A stretch of 25,060 nt of DNA, from the IMG/VR virus record IMGVR_UViG_3300049173_000007, positions 1 through 25,060 of that record; one strand, 5' to 3'. The notes under the pieces are model-generated. The model saw only the letters and a list, made by a program, of their open reading frames with translations. It did not search any database and had not been told where the DNA came from. Both the position numbers and the translations under genes were made by a program. Below are positions 1 to 8,640 of the stretch, in pieces. Origin of the DNA: a virus. Its lineage: Duplodnaviria > Caudoviricetes. Each line of letters begins with the position of its first letter. Position 1 is the first letter of the stretch.

Positions 1-2
1 TC

Positions 3-98
3 GTCTACGTCTCCACCATCGAAGGCGACGTCCACTGGTACGGGCTCGACATCGCCAATATCGAACGTCATATCACCCACCGTGCGGACGCTGCTTGA
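3..98 (+). CDS. 3' end of an upstream gene, truncated by the window edge
   Basis: Open frame VYVSTIEGDVHWYGLDIANIERHITHRADAA*. Its TGA (96-98) overlaps the next ATG (TGATG). Confidence 0.6.
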   Translation, partial: VYVSTIEGDVHWYGLDIANIERHITHRADAA

Positions 99-298
99 TG
101 GCCGACCACTGCTGCTCCATTTGCAAGGGCGCGTACGGGATCTGCCTAACCGGTTACCGCTGCGACCACCACGTCACAGCCCGCCGCACCGAAGACGCCG
201 ACGACGACGCGCGCCGCCTCTACCGCAACCCCACCCAAGACGAAGCACTCGCAAACATAGACCGCGAACGACGCGGACAGAACAGTAGGACATCGTGA
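98..298 (+). CDS. Small Cys/His-rich hypothetical phage protein
   Basis: MADHCCSICKG...CLTGYRCDHH. Coupled by TGATG upstream and GTGA downstream. Confidence 0.65.
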   Translation: MADHCCSICKGAYGICLTGYRCDHHVTARRTEDADDDARRLYRNPTQDEALANIDRERRGQNSRTS

Positions 299-1584
299 GT
301 TACACGGAGTTCCTCGCATCCAAGGCTGCGGCCGCAACCATGCATGGCATCGACGTATCCGAGTCCGACGTCAACCCGAAGCTGTTCGAATGGCAGCGCG
401 AAATTGTGGCATGGTCCGTTCGCACTGGACGCGCCGCGATATGGGCCGACACCGGACTCGGCAAGACATTCATGGCCGTTGAGTGGGCCCGGCTTGTGGG
501 CTGGACGGTACTCACCCTTGCGCCCCTCGCCGTCACCCAGCAGACCATCCGGGAGGCCGCGAAGCTCGGGGTGGCCATGAGGTACGTCCGGGACCAATCA
601 GAGGTCAACGGGCCCGGCCAGTACATCACTAACTACGAGATGGCCGAGCACTTCAATGCGGACGAGTTCGACGGCGTCGTGCTCGATGAGGCGTCCATCC
701 TGAAGAACTCCACAGGCGCCACCCGGAATCAGTTGATCGCACAGTTCCAGAACGTCCCGTACCGGCTCGCATGCACTGCAACCCCGGCGCCGAACGACCC
801 CGAAGAGCTCACCAACCAGGCCGAGTTCCTCGGACGCTCCACTCGAGTGAACATGCTCGCCGCGTACTTCGTGCACGACTCTGACGGATGGCGGCTCAAA
901 GGCCACGCGCGCCGGCCGATGATCGCATGGATGGCCACATGGGCGCTGGCCATCCGCACGCCATCGGATATGGGCTACCCGGACGGCGACTACATCCTGC
1001 CGGGACTGAGCATCACCCCGCACCTGCTGCCCGTCAACTCCGCGCCTGACGACCAACTGTTCGCTACCGAACTTGGCGGGGTGTCTGGCCGGGCTCGGAT
1101 CCGAAAGGAAACGCTCGACGCTCGTGTTGACCGGGCCGCCGAACTCGTGGCATCCGAATCGTCCGAGCCTTGGCTGATCTGGTGCGATCTCAACGACGAA
1201 GCCGCGGCGCTAACCAAAGCGATCCCGGGCGCCGTCAACGTCCATGGGTCCATGAGTCCCGAAGAAAAGGCGGCCGCGCTTCTCGGGTTCGCGGACGGCG
1301 ACATTCAGATCCTCGTCACCAAGCCCGGGATCGCATCGCAGGGCTTGAACTACCAGCACTGCGCTCGCATGGCGTTCGTAGGGCTGTCCGACTCCTACGA
1401 GAAGTACTACCAAGCCATCCGACGCTGCTACCGGTACGGCCAAAAGCGAGTCGTTGAGGCTCACGTGATCCTGTCCGAACTCGAAGGGCAGATAGCCCAG
1501 AACATCCAGGCCAAAGAAACCCAGTCCAAGACCATCACCACCCAACTGGTCGACGAGATGAAGAAGATAAGGACCGCAACGTGA
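295..1584 (+). CDS. SNF2-like superfamily 2 helicase/ATPase
   Basis: Walker A ADTGLGKT, Walker B VLDEAS, motif III TATP, C-terminal helicase motifs GLNYQ and QAIRRCYRYGQ. RBS-like AGGA upstream. Confidence 0.9.
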   Translation: MSYTEFLASKAAAATMHGIDVSESDVNPKLFEWQREIVAWSVRTGRAAIWADTGLGKTFMAVEWARLVGWTVLTLAPLAVTQQTIREAAKLGVAMRYVRDQSEVNGPGQYITNYEMAEHFNADEFDGVVLDEASILKNSTGATRNQLIAQFQNVPYRLACTATPAPNDPEELTNQAEFLGRSTRVNMLAAYFVHDSDGWRLKGHARRPMIAWMATWALAIRTPSDMGYPDGDYILPGLSITPHLLPVNSAPDDQLFATELGGVSGRARIRKETLDARVDRAAELVASESSEPWLIWCDLNDEAAALTKAIPGAVNVHGSMSPEEKAAALLGFADGDIQILVTKPGIASQGLNYQHCARMAFVGLSDSYEKYYQAIRRCYRYGQKRVVEAHVILSELEGQIAQNIQAKETQSKTITTQLVDEMKKIRTAT

Positions 1585-2564
1585 CTGCCACCCAGACCGA
1601 AAACCTTGACGCCTACACCACCGACGACGCATCCGGCGACAACTGGCGCCTCATGCTCGGCGACTCGTGCGAACGGTTGGCCGAACTCCAAGAGAACAGC
1701 GTAGACCTGTCCATCTGCTCGCCACCCTTCGACTCCCTGTTCACCTACTCGCCAACGATGCGGGACCTCGGCAACAATGCCAGCCGCGGCCAGTTCCTTG
1801 CGCATTACCGGTTCATCGTCGAGCACCAGCTCCGCGTCACGAAGCCCGGCCGCGTCGCCTGCATCCACGTCCAGCAGCTCACCACCACCAAGACCATGCA
1901 CGGATACATGGGGCTCTCCGACTTCCGCGGCGACGTGATCCGGCTCTTCCAAGACGTCGGGTGGCAGTTCCACGGCGAAGTAACGGTCTGGAAAGACCCG
2001 CAAGCACAGTCGATCCGAACCAGGGCGCATGCGCTTGCGTTCCAGTCGAAGAATCGCGATTCCGCAACGTCCCGCCCGGCGCTGGCCGACTACCTGCTGA
2101 TCTTCAAGAAACCCGGCGACAACGCCGTGCCGATCAAGCATGAGGCCACCGCCGGCGAGGTCACCAATGACGACTGGATCGAATGGGCGAGCCCCATCTG
2201 GTTTGACCATGAGGACGGAGGGTGGCTGACGGAGGACGGCCACATCAGCCCGGTATGGCTCGGCATCAAAGAGACCGACACTCTCAACACGAAGGTAGCG
2301 AAAGAGTCCGCCGACGAACGCCACATCGCGCCACTCCAGCTGGGATTCATCGACCGTTGCGTGCGGCTCTACTCCAACCCAGGCGAGACCGTCCTTACCC
2401 CGTTCGGTGGCATCGGCTCCGAGCTCTATCAATCAATCAAGCGCGGCCGCAAAGCCATCGGCTGCGAGTTGAAGCCGTCCTACTGGCGGACAGCCGTGAA
2501 CAACCTCACCGAACTGGAGGCAGCCATGAACGTTCCCACCCTGTTGGACATCGACGCGTCATGA
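1581..2564 (+). CDS. DNA amino-methyltransferase (N4-C/N6-A family, beta class)
   Basis: Catalytic motif IV SPPF lies before SAM-binding motif I (TPFGGIGSE...GCELK), the beta order. GTGA overlap with the helicase. Confidence 0.9.
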   Translation: MTATQTENLDAYTTDDASGDNWRLMLGDSCERLAELQENSVDLSICSPPFDSLFTYSPTMRDLGNNASRGQFLAHYRFIVEHQLRVTKPGRVACIHVQQLTTTKTMHGYMGLSDFRGDVIRLFQDVGWQFHGEVTVWKDPQAQSIRTRAHALAFQSKNRDSATSRPALADYLLIFKKPGDNAVPIKHEATAGEVTNDDWIEWASPIWFDHEDGGWLTEDGHISPVWLGIKETDTLNTKVAKESADERHIAPLQLGFIDRCVRLYSNPGETVLTPFGGIGSELYQSIKRGRKAIGCELKPSYWRTAVNNLTELEAAMNVPTLLDIDAS

Positions 2565-3109
2565 CGTGCTCCATGTCCAAATGCATCGAATCGATCCACT
2601 GCAAGCGTCTGTGCAAGCGCCACTATCAGCAGCAGTGGCGCACCGGTGACGCGGAGATCGTTCGCCCCAACCGTCACGGCACCCCGGAAGAACGATTCTG
2701 GGCAAAGGTCCCGACGCGCAACCCCGGCGAGTGCTGGGAGTGGTACGGCCGTAAGGATGACGACGGGTACGGCTCACTCCGAATCGGCAACACCAGCGTC
2801 CGGGCGCATCGGTTCGCTTTCGAGCTCGCCCACGGCGTCACTGATGGCCTGATCCGGCACCGCTGCGATAACCCCGGCTGCGTCAACGCCGAACACCTGC
2901 TGTCCGGCGATCACCAGGACAACATGGATGACCGTATGGCGGCCGGGAACTACGTCTACGCCACCTGCCGACGCGGCCACAAATGGACCGAGGCCAGCAT
3001 GGCTTGGCAGGGCCCGGAACGCAACCACCGGACGTGCAAGATATGCCGGCGAATGACACCGGCGGAAAGAAAAGCATTCGACCTCGAAGGGCTCCCGGCA
3101 GCGTCATGA
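2561..3109 (+). CDS. Free-standing HNH endonuclease
   Basis: RFWAKV..CWEW..GYG..RAHR..RHRCDNPGCVNAEHL..N core. N-terminal LCKRHY and C-terminal CRRGH..CKIC Zn motifs. ATG at 2561 overlaps the MTase stop; the ORF-track start at 2222 is spurious. Confidence 0.88.
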   Translation: MTCSMSKCIESIHCKRLCKRHYQQQWRTGDAEIVRPNRHGTPEERFWAKVPTRNPGECWEWYGRKDDDGYGSLRIGNTSVRAHRFAFELAHGVTDGLIRHRCDNPGCVNAEHLLSGDHQDNMDDRMAAGNYVYATCRRGHKWTEASMAWQGPERNHRTCKICRRMTPAERKAFDLEGLPAAS

Positions 3110-3480
3110 CACGGAGGGCCAAGGTCAACCGGGAAGAGTTCCTGCGCCTGCACCACGAAGGTCGCAGCCTCACCCAGCTAGCCGACCAATTCCATATCAC
3201 TACACGCCACGCCACCAGGCTCCGCAAGGACCTTGGCGTGGCACAGCTGTCTCCCAAATCCAGCCGCCGCGTTGATGCAGCGTGGAAAGCTGCGGCTTCC
3301 GCGCTGCTCGACGACGGAGTGCCCATGGCTGAGGTAGCCAGAACACTCGGCTGGAACGAAGCCACCGTCGCACGGCACTTCCCAGGTCGCGGCTGGGACA
3401 GGACAACCAGCGCCGTCTATGCCAAGGCAGTGGCAACTGCTAACGCCGAACTCCGCAAACGCGGAATCAAACCCGTATAA
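3106..3480 (+). CDS. Helix-turn-helix DNA-binding protein with two HTH-like units
   Basis: GRSLTQLADQFHITTRHATRLR and GVPMAEVARTLGWNEATVARHF. ATGA overlap with the HNH. Confidence 0.75.
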   Translation: MTRRAKVNREEFLRLHHEGRSLTQLADQFHITTRHATRLRKDLGVAQLSPKSSRRVDAAWKAAASALLDDGVPMAEVARTLGWNEATVARHFPGRGWDRTTSAVYAKAVATANAELRKRGIKPV

Positions 3481-3500
3481 CCCAACAGGAGAAGCACCCC

Positions 3501-4577
3501 ATGAAGTTCACTCTCACCGCCGATGCCCTCGCCGACGCCGCAGCATTCGCATCCAAGGGCCTGAGCGCCCGGCCGCCCGTTCCCGTCCTCTCCGGACTCC
3601 TGATCGAGGCGCAGCAGGGCGGCCTCCGGATCTCCGGGTTCGACTATGAGAAGTCCGCCCGGACCCAGGTCGCGGCCGAGGTCATCGAACCGGGCACGGT
3701 CTTGCTGCAGGGCAAGATGTTCACGGACATCATCCGGAAGTTCGGCAAGAAGCCCGTCACCGTCGCGGTGGATGGCAATCGGGCGACCCTGACCGCGGGT
3801 AGTGCCGTGTTCACCATGAACGCCATGCCTGTGTCCGAGTTCCCGCCTATGCCGCCGCTGCCGGCCGCCGTCGGCACGATCGATGGAGTCGTGTTCGCCG
3901 CAGCCGTTGGCCAGGTCATCGGCGCCGTGTCCGGGGACGACACCGTAAAGGTACTCACCGGAGTCCACATCGTGTCCGAAGGCGCCGACCTGACCCTGCG
4001 AACCACAGACCGCTACCGGCTCGCTGAGGCTGTCATCCCGTGGCGCCCATCCGGAGGCGACATCGACATCCTCGTGCCGGGCAAATGGTTGGGCGACCTT
4101 GTGAAAACACTGGCCGGCGAGGCGTCCATCCTCGCTGAAGGCAACCTCATCGGCATCCGCACAGGGAACCGGGCCACAACATCGATCAAGCTCGACGGCG
4201 ACTTTCCCAAGATCAAGGCACTCTTCCCCGACAAATCCCACACCGACATCACCGTGGACCGCGCCGAGTTCGTGGACGTCCTCGCCCGGGTCTCGCTCGT
4301 CGCCGAACGCAACACTCCTGTCCGGCTCACCGCATGCGACGGCGAACTGATCGTCGAAGCCGGCACAGGGGAAGACGCGCAGGGCCGCGAAACCCTCCCG
4401 TGCGAGATCGACGGGACCGACGTCGTCGTGGCCGTCAACCCCATGTACCTCGCCTGGTCCCTGTCGGTCAGTCCGGCCGCCGAAACCACCCTCGAGTTTC
4501 AGGAGAACCTCGGCAAGCCCGTCCTCTTGTCCGGACACGACGGCCTACGCCACCTCATCATGCCGGTGAAGCTCTGA
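3501..4577 (+). CDS. dnaN: DNA polymerase III beta sliding clamp, phage-encoded
   Basis: 358 aa. ARPPVPVLSG, GFDYEKSA, TDRYRLA, GDFPKI and C-terminal LIMPVKL are typical of actinobacterial DnaN. AGGAG RBS. Confidence 0.93.
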   Translation: MKFTLTADALADAAAFASKGLSARPPVPVLSGLLIEAQQGGLRISGFDYEKSARTQVAAEVIEPGTVLLQGKMFTDIIRKFGKKPVTVAVDGNRATLTAGSAVFTMNAMPVSEFPPMPPLPAAVGTIDGVVFAAAVGQVIGAVSGDDTVKVLTGVHIVSEGADLTLRTTDRYRLAEAVIPWRPSGGDIDILVPGKWLGDLVKTLAGEASILAEGNLIGIRTGNRATTSIKLDGDFPKIKALFPDKSHTDITVDRAEFVDVLARVSLVAERNTPVRLTACDGELIVEAGTGEDAQGRETLPCEIDGTDVVVAVNPMYLAWSLSVSPAAETTLEFQENLGKPVLLSGHDGLRHLIMPVKL

Positions 4578-4855
4578 TGGGCGGCGAGCATGAGGCGCCC
4601 AAGAAGCGCAGGCCCTTCTACCAAACCCTCACGGTCGACGTAGACATCGACGCCGCGGTCCTCGAAGAGAACGGCTACCACCACGAGGACGAGTGCCCCT
4701 CAACGGTCGCCGACGTGGTGGCCGAAGAAGACCTCGAAGCCGACCTCCGAGCACTCTCCGACTGGCACGACCAAGCGCACGGCCTCAGCTTGTGGGCCAG
4801 TTGCGTATACGAGCCCTGCAACCTACTGACCGATGACTTCAGGAGCACCCCATGA
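4577..4855 (+). CDS. Hypothetical acidic protein with H/C motif
   Basis: MGGEHEAPKKRR...WHDQAH...CVYEPC. TGATG coupling to dnaN. Confidence 0.65.
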   Translation: MGGEHEAPKKRRPFYQTLTVDVDIDAAVLEENGYHHEDECPSTVADVVAEEDLEADLRALSDWHDQAHGLSLWASCVYEPCNLLTDDFRSTP

Positions 4856-5271
4856 CCGAACCACTCGAAGGCCAGGCGACCCTGCCGGCCGACTTCCCCG
4901 AACCGGTGATGACCGCCGACATCCTCATCAGCCGCAGCATCGAAGAATCGCTCTCGCAGTACGTGTACTTCACAGAAACCCTCACGGGTTGGCGCGACGA
5001 AGATCAGGCCGCCAAAGAACGCAGCATGCTCAAGGGCAACATGCACATCTTCGCCTCACTGCTGGATTCGGTGATCGTGGACCTCCTTCAGCAGATTCAG
5101 GGCGTCAACAGAACATGGGCAGACAAGGCAGCCGCCAACCTCGACGACGCACTCGAAGGTGGCGACTACTACCCCGAGATGATCTGGCAATGGGCAACCG
5201 AGCGCGGCCTCGACCCCGAAGCAATCACCGAAAAAGCCAAGGCAAAGACCGCCGAGAAAGAGACAACATGA
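4852..5271 (+). CDS. Hypothetical protein
   Basis: 139 aa, AGGAG RBS, ATGA overlaps at both ends. Confidence 0.7.
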   Translation: MTEPLEGQATLPADFPEPVMTADILISRSIEESLSQYVYFTETLTGWRDEDQAAKERSMLKGNMHIFASLLDSVIVDLLQQIQGVNRTWADKAAANLDDALEGGDYYPEMIWQWATERGLDPEAITEKAKAKTAEKETT

Positions 5272-7019
5272 GCACCGCGCTACTCGAACGCGAAACAATC
5301 CTGGATGACCTGGTTCGATCCATGCAGCAGGCCAACAACGAACTGACCGCGACCGACATGTTCTGCGGCGCCGGCGGATCCTCCACCGGGGCACTGGAAG
5401 TTCCAGGCGTGACGATCAAGACGGCCATGAACCACTGGGCCCGGGCGATCGAGACGCACAACGCCAACCACCCCGAGACGGACCACGTGTGCGCGGACAT
5501 CCAGATCACGGACCCCCGGTACATCTCCACTTCAGACATTCTCTGGGCGTCACCGGAGTGCACCAACCACTCGGTGGCCAAGGGTAAGAAGCGGATCACC
5601 AACCAGGCTGACCTGTTCGGCGATTCCATCGCTGACGAGGCGGCAGATAGGTCCCGGGCCACCATGTGGGATGTTCCCCGCTTCGCTGAATGGCACAAGT
5701 ACAAGCTCATCATCACCGAGAACGTGGTGGACGCGGCGAAGTGGGTCATGTTCGACGCCTGGCTGATGGCCATGGACTCGCTCGGATACGAGCACCACAT
5801 CGTGTACATGAACTCGATGCACGCACAGCTCGGTGGCCTCCCGGCGCCGCAGTCGCGGGACCGGATGTACGTGATGTTCTGGCTCAAGGGAAACCGCCGG
5901 CCGAACTTCGACTTGCTCATGCCGCTCGCGCATTGCCGGGCGTGCGATGAGACGGTGCGCTGCGTTCAGTCGTGGAAGAACCCGTCCTATCGGTGGGGCC
6001 GGTACAAAGCCCAATACGTCTACCGTTGCCCGAACACCCGGTGCCGTAACGCCATCATCGAACCCGGCTGGCTGCCCGCCGCGTCCGCGATCGATTGGAA
6101 GCTACGTGGGCAGCGCATCGGCGACCGGACCAAGCCGCTGGTTCCCAAGACCATGGCCAGGATCGCGGCTGGGCTACTGCGCTACCACGGGAAGGCTGTG
6201 AGCATCGACGCCGTCCGTGGCGCCGAGATCATCAGCCCGGTCCACTCCGAGCCGTTCCAGACACAGACGACCAGCTACACGCGATCGCTGCTCGTCCCCG
6301 TAGAGGGTCGGATGGGAAAGGTGGCGCAGCCAGTCGAAGACGTCATGCGGACTCAGACCACCCGGAACGAAACCGGGCTCCTCGTACCAGCTGGAGGGAC
6401 GTGGAACGATGACGCCCGACCGTTGTCGGACCCCATGCGGGCGCTGACAACCCGGGACGCAAACGCCGTCGTAATGCCACCGCTGATCATGCGCAACAAC
6501 TCGAGTCGCGGATCCGGTGCAGAGATGTCCAAGCCAGCCACGGAGCCACTCGGCACGATCACGACAGCAGGGCACCAGTCGCTCGTCGCGGCACCCGGTG
6601 CACACCTGCTGATGGAGTACTACGGCAACGGGCAGATGCACCCCGTATCCAAGGCCATTCCGACGATCAGCACCACCGACCGGTTCGCCATGGTCACCAC
6701 CATGCGCGGCACCTCCCCCGAGCACCTGGCCGCATCCAACGCACCTACCACCGACCCGTTCGGAACATTCAGCGCAGGCGGCCAGCACCACGCCATCACC
6801 GAATGGACCGTCCCCGAAATTGAGGACTGCGAATTCCGGATGCTCGAACCCTACGAAATCAGTGCGGGCATGGCATTCCCGAAGACCTACATCATGACCG
6901 GCAACAAGCGCGAGCAGGTCAAGCAGGCCGGCAACGCCGTCACCCCACCCGCTGCCCGCGACCTGTTCATCGTGGCAGCACTCTCGCTGTCCGATGCCGT
7001 GACTCTGGCGGCAGCCTAA
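5268..7019 (+). CDS. DNA (cytosine-5)-methyltransferase with a long repetitive variable region
   Basis: Motifs I DMFCGAGG, IV ASPEC, VI ITENV, VIII PQSRDR, IX RMLEPYE, X QAGNAV. Start ATG 5268 (MSTALLERE) overlaps the previous stop. Confidence 0.92.
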   Translation: MSTALLERETILDDLVRSMQQANNELTATDMFCGAGGSSTGALEVPGVTIKTAMNHWARAIETHNANHPETDHVCADIQITDPRYISTSDILWASPECTNHSVAKGKKRITNQADLFGDSIADEAADRSRATMWDVPRFAEWHKYKLIITENVVDAAKWVMFDAWLMAMDSLGYEHHIVYMNSMHAQLGGLPAPQSRDRMYVMFWLKGNRRPNFDLLMPLAHCRACDETVRCVQSWKNPSYRWGRYKAQYVYRCPNTRCRNAIIEPGWLPAASAIDWKLRGQRIGDRTKPLVPKTMARIAAGLLRYHGKAVSIDAVRGAEIISPVHSEPFQTQTTSYTRSLLVPVEGRMGKVAQPVEDVMRTQTTRNETGLLVPAGGTWNDDARPLSDPMRALTTRDANAVVMPPLIMRNNSSRGSGAEMSKPATEPLGTITTAGHQSLVAAPGAHLLMEYYGNGQMHPVSKAIPTISTTDRFAMVTTMRGTSPEHLAASNAPTTDPFGTFSAGGQHHAITEWTVPEIEDCEFRMLEPYEISAGMAFPKTYIMTGNKREQVKQAGNAVTPPAARDLFIVAALSLSDAVTLAAA

Positions 7020-7043
7020 TCGGCCGCCGAAGAAAGGAGAACC

Positions 7044-7478
7044 ATGGAGCCGGAAGAGAAGGACCGGCGCTTGTGGGCAAAGGTCGACGTCGACTACTTC
7101 GATAACCCGAAGATCGATGACCTCTCCGACTCCGCCCAGCTGCTGCACCTCGGACTCATCCTGAAGGCCAAGAAGCAACAGAAGGGCGGCGTGATGTCCA
7201 CCAGGACGTGCAAGGCCCGAGGCGACGGCCCGCTCCGGGAGCTGGTAGACGGCGACCTGATCCACAAGATCGATGCCCGGACCTACCAGCTGCACGACTA
7301 CGGGAAGCACCAATCAGACGCCGTGGACCTGTCCGAAAAGCGGTCGAAAGTCGGCCGCCGGGGGGCCCATGTCACCAACCACGAAAAGCGCCGAATTTAC
7401 GTCGAAAAATGCGAGCACTGCCAACAGGCAGCGGTGGACGGTGAGAAGTGGCTGAAAGACGCGGAACTCGGAGCCTAA
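7044..7478 (+). CDS. Putative replication initiator-like protein (N-terminal wHTH-type domain)
   Basis: WAKVDVDYFDNPKI...YQLHDYGKHQ resembles actinophage Rep-like N-termini. Strong RBS GAAAGGAG. Followed by short repeats and AT-rich DNA. Confidence 0.6.
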   Translation: MEPEEKDRRLWAKVDVDYFDNPKIDDLSDSAQLLHLGLILKAKKQQKGGVMSTRTCKARGDGPLRELVDGDLIHKIDARTYQLHDYGKHQSDAVDLSEKRSKVGRRGAHVTNHEKRRIYVEKCEHCQQAAVDGEKWLKDAELGA

Positions 7479-7493
7479 ACACAACGCCAACAT

Positions 7494-7693
7494 AGCGGCA
7501 AAAGCGGCAAACCAAGCGGCAATTGCCGCCCATTAGCCGCAGCAAAAGCCCGGCAAACAGAGCGGCAGAGTTAAGAGACCTACTTACGTAGGTCCCCGAT
7601 CCTCGACTTCCTGAGTACTTAAGAAAAGAGAAATGGGAAAGTTTTCAATCAATCGTCACCTAAGTAACAAGCGCCAGCAGACGGTTGATTGAA
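7494..7693. promoter_or_regulatory. Candidate replication origin: iteron-like repeats, palindromes and AT-rich tract
   Basis: AGCGGCAA at 7494, 7503 and 7515; variants at 7551 and 7561; inverted copies at 7523 and 7534. Palindrome GACCTAC-N4-GTAGGTC at 7577-7594. A/T-rich ~7615-7670. 14-bp inverted repeat 7644-7657/7680-7693. Confidence 0.55.
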
Positions 7694-7706
7694 GGAAGGA
7701 AAATTG

Positions 7707-8078
7707 ATGCTCACTGAGAGCCAGGCGAAGGCCCTTGCCAGCATGCTCCACGAGCTCAGACCGAAGTGGAGTGCGCCCTCCATGATGAAAGTCCTCGAAC
7801 GAAACAGCCGGCACCCAGCATCCTTCGCCGACACGTGCTTGGCGGCCATCAATGCAGCCCGGGACCCGAAGGTTGAAACCCCGGGCTGCATCTTCACCGA
7901 CCCGAGGTTCTGGCCAGAGACAGCCAAGAAGCACCTACCCAAGTCCGCGCCCTGCGAAGACCACATCGGCCAAGACGCACACAACTGCAGATCATGCTGG
8001 GCCGACGTCAAAGCAGGCATCAGACCAGCCGACCACATAGGCCGCCACCACGCACCAGAAAGCGAGACCGAACAGTGA
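7707..8078 (+). CDS. Hypothetical replication-region protein with C-terminal Zn motif
   Basis: MLTESQAKALASMLHELRPKW...CEDH...CRSC. RBS AAGGAAGG upstream. Confidence 0.75.
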   Translation: MLTESQAKALASMLHELRPKWSAPSMMKVLERNSRHPASFADTCLAAINAARDPKVETPGCIFTDPRFWPETAKKHLPKSAPCEDHIGQDAHNCRSCWADVKAGIRPADHIGRHHAPESETEQ

Positions 8079-8437
8079 AACCAGCCAAGGCACCGCCCAT
8101 CAAGCGCGACATATGCGGGTCCGTCAAAGGCTGGAACGCCCACAACCGCCACGGCGAAAAGCAGTGCATGCCCTGCAAGAAGGCTCACGCCGATTACCAG
8201 CACGATTGGCGGCACCGCACGGGCCGCAGCCAATCCAAGCTCTACACCAGCAAAGAGATAGCCGAGATTAGGCAGGAGGCGAAGGCTGAGGCGCTCAGGG
8301 AAGCGTCCGCCGCCTACCCACTCGAAACCGCATACGGTGGCGCCGAGCACGCCGTCAACTGGCTCAAAGACCGGGCCGAATATATCGAAGCCGTCCCAAC
8401 CGGGGCGGCTTCACTCGTTGAAGGAGACAAACCGTGA
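8075..8437 (+). CDS. Hypothetical protein with a putative Zn-binding motif
   Basis: CGSVKGWNAHNRHGEKQCMPC, a pattern common in actinophages. GTGA overlap. Confidence 0.7.
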   Translation: MKPAKAPPIKRDICGSVKGWNAHNRHGEKQCMPCKKAHADYQHDWRHRTGRSQSKLYTSKEIAEIRQEAKAEALREASAAYPLETAYGGAEHAVNWLKDRAEYIEAVPTGAASLVEGDKP

Positions 8438-8640
8438 CCGACCCGGTGAACCATCCAGCGCACTACGTTAGCCACCCCAGCGGCATCGAGTGTATCCAGA
8501 TCACAGAGCACATGGGATTCAATCTCGGCAACGCCATCAAGTACCTCTGGCGGGCCGACCTCAAGGCTGACGCCCTCGAAGACCTCCGCAAAGCCATCTG
8601 GTACATCGACCGCGAAATCCAGAAGCGGGAGCGCAGGTGA
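8434..8640 (+). CDS. DUF3310-family protein
   Basis: DPVNHPAHY...IECI...GFNLGNAIKYLWRA..K..EDLRKAIWY signature. Confidence 0.88.
   Translation: MTDPVNHPAHYVSHPSGIECIQITEHMGFNLGNAIKYLWRADLKADALEDLRKAIWYIDREIQKRERR

Noticed and set aside
3417-4538. Long minus-strand ORFs (also 1461-2432, 6174-7313, 14283-15167, 17286-18464, 19656-20720)
   Set aside because: Antisense shadows of well-supported genes, expected in high-GC DNA, with no recognisable motifs.
4833-5267. N-terminal extension of the 728-aa MTase ORF
   Set aside because: Low-information Arg-rich frame overlapping the real gene 4852-5271. The likely start is 5268.
295-7019. DISARM, BREX or restriction-modification defence island
   Set aside because: No DrmA/B/C, PglZ or restriction subunit is visible. 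The genes sit in an ordinary phage replication operon.
7494-7568. CRISPR array or mini-array
   Set aside because: Repeats are only 7-8 bp with irregular short spacing in both orientations, and there are no cas genes.
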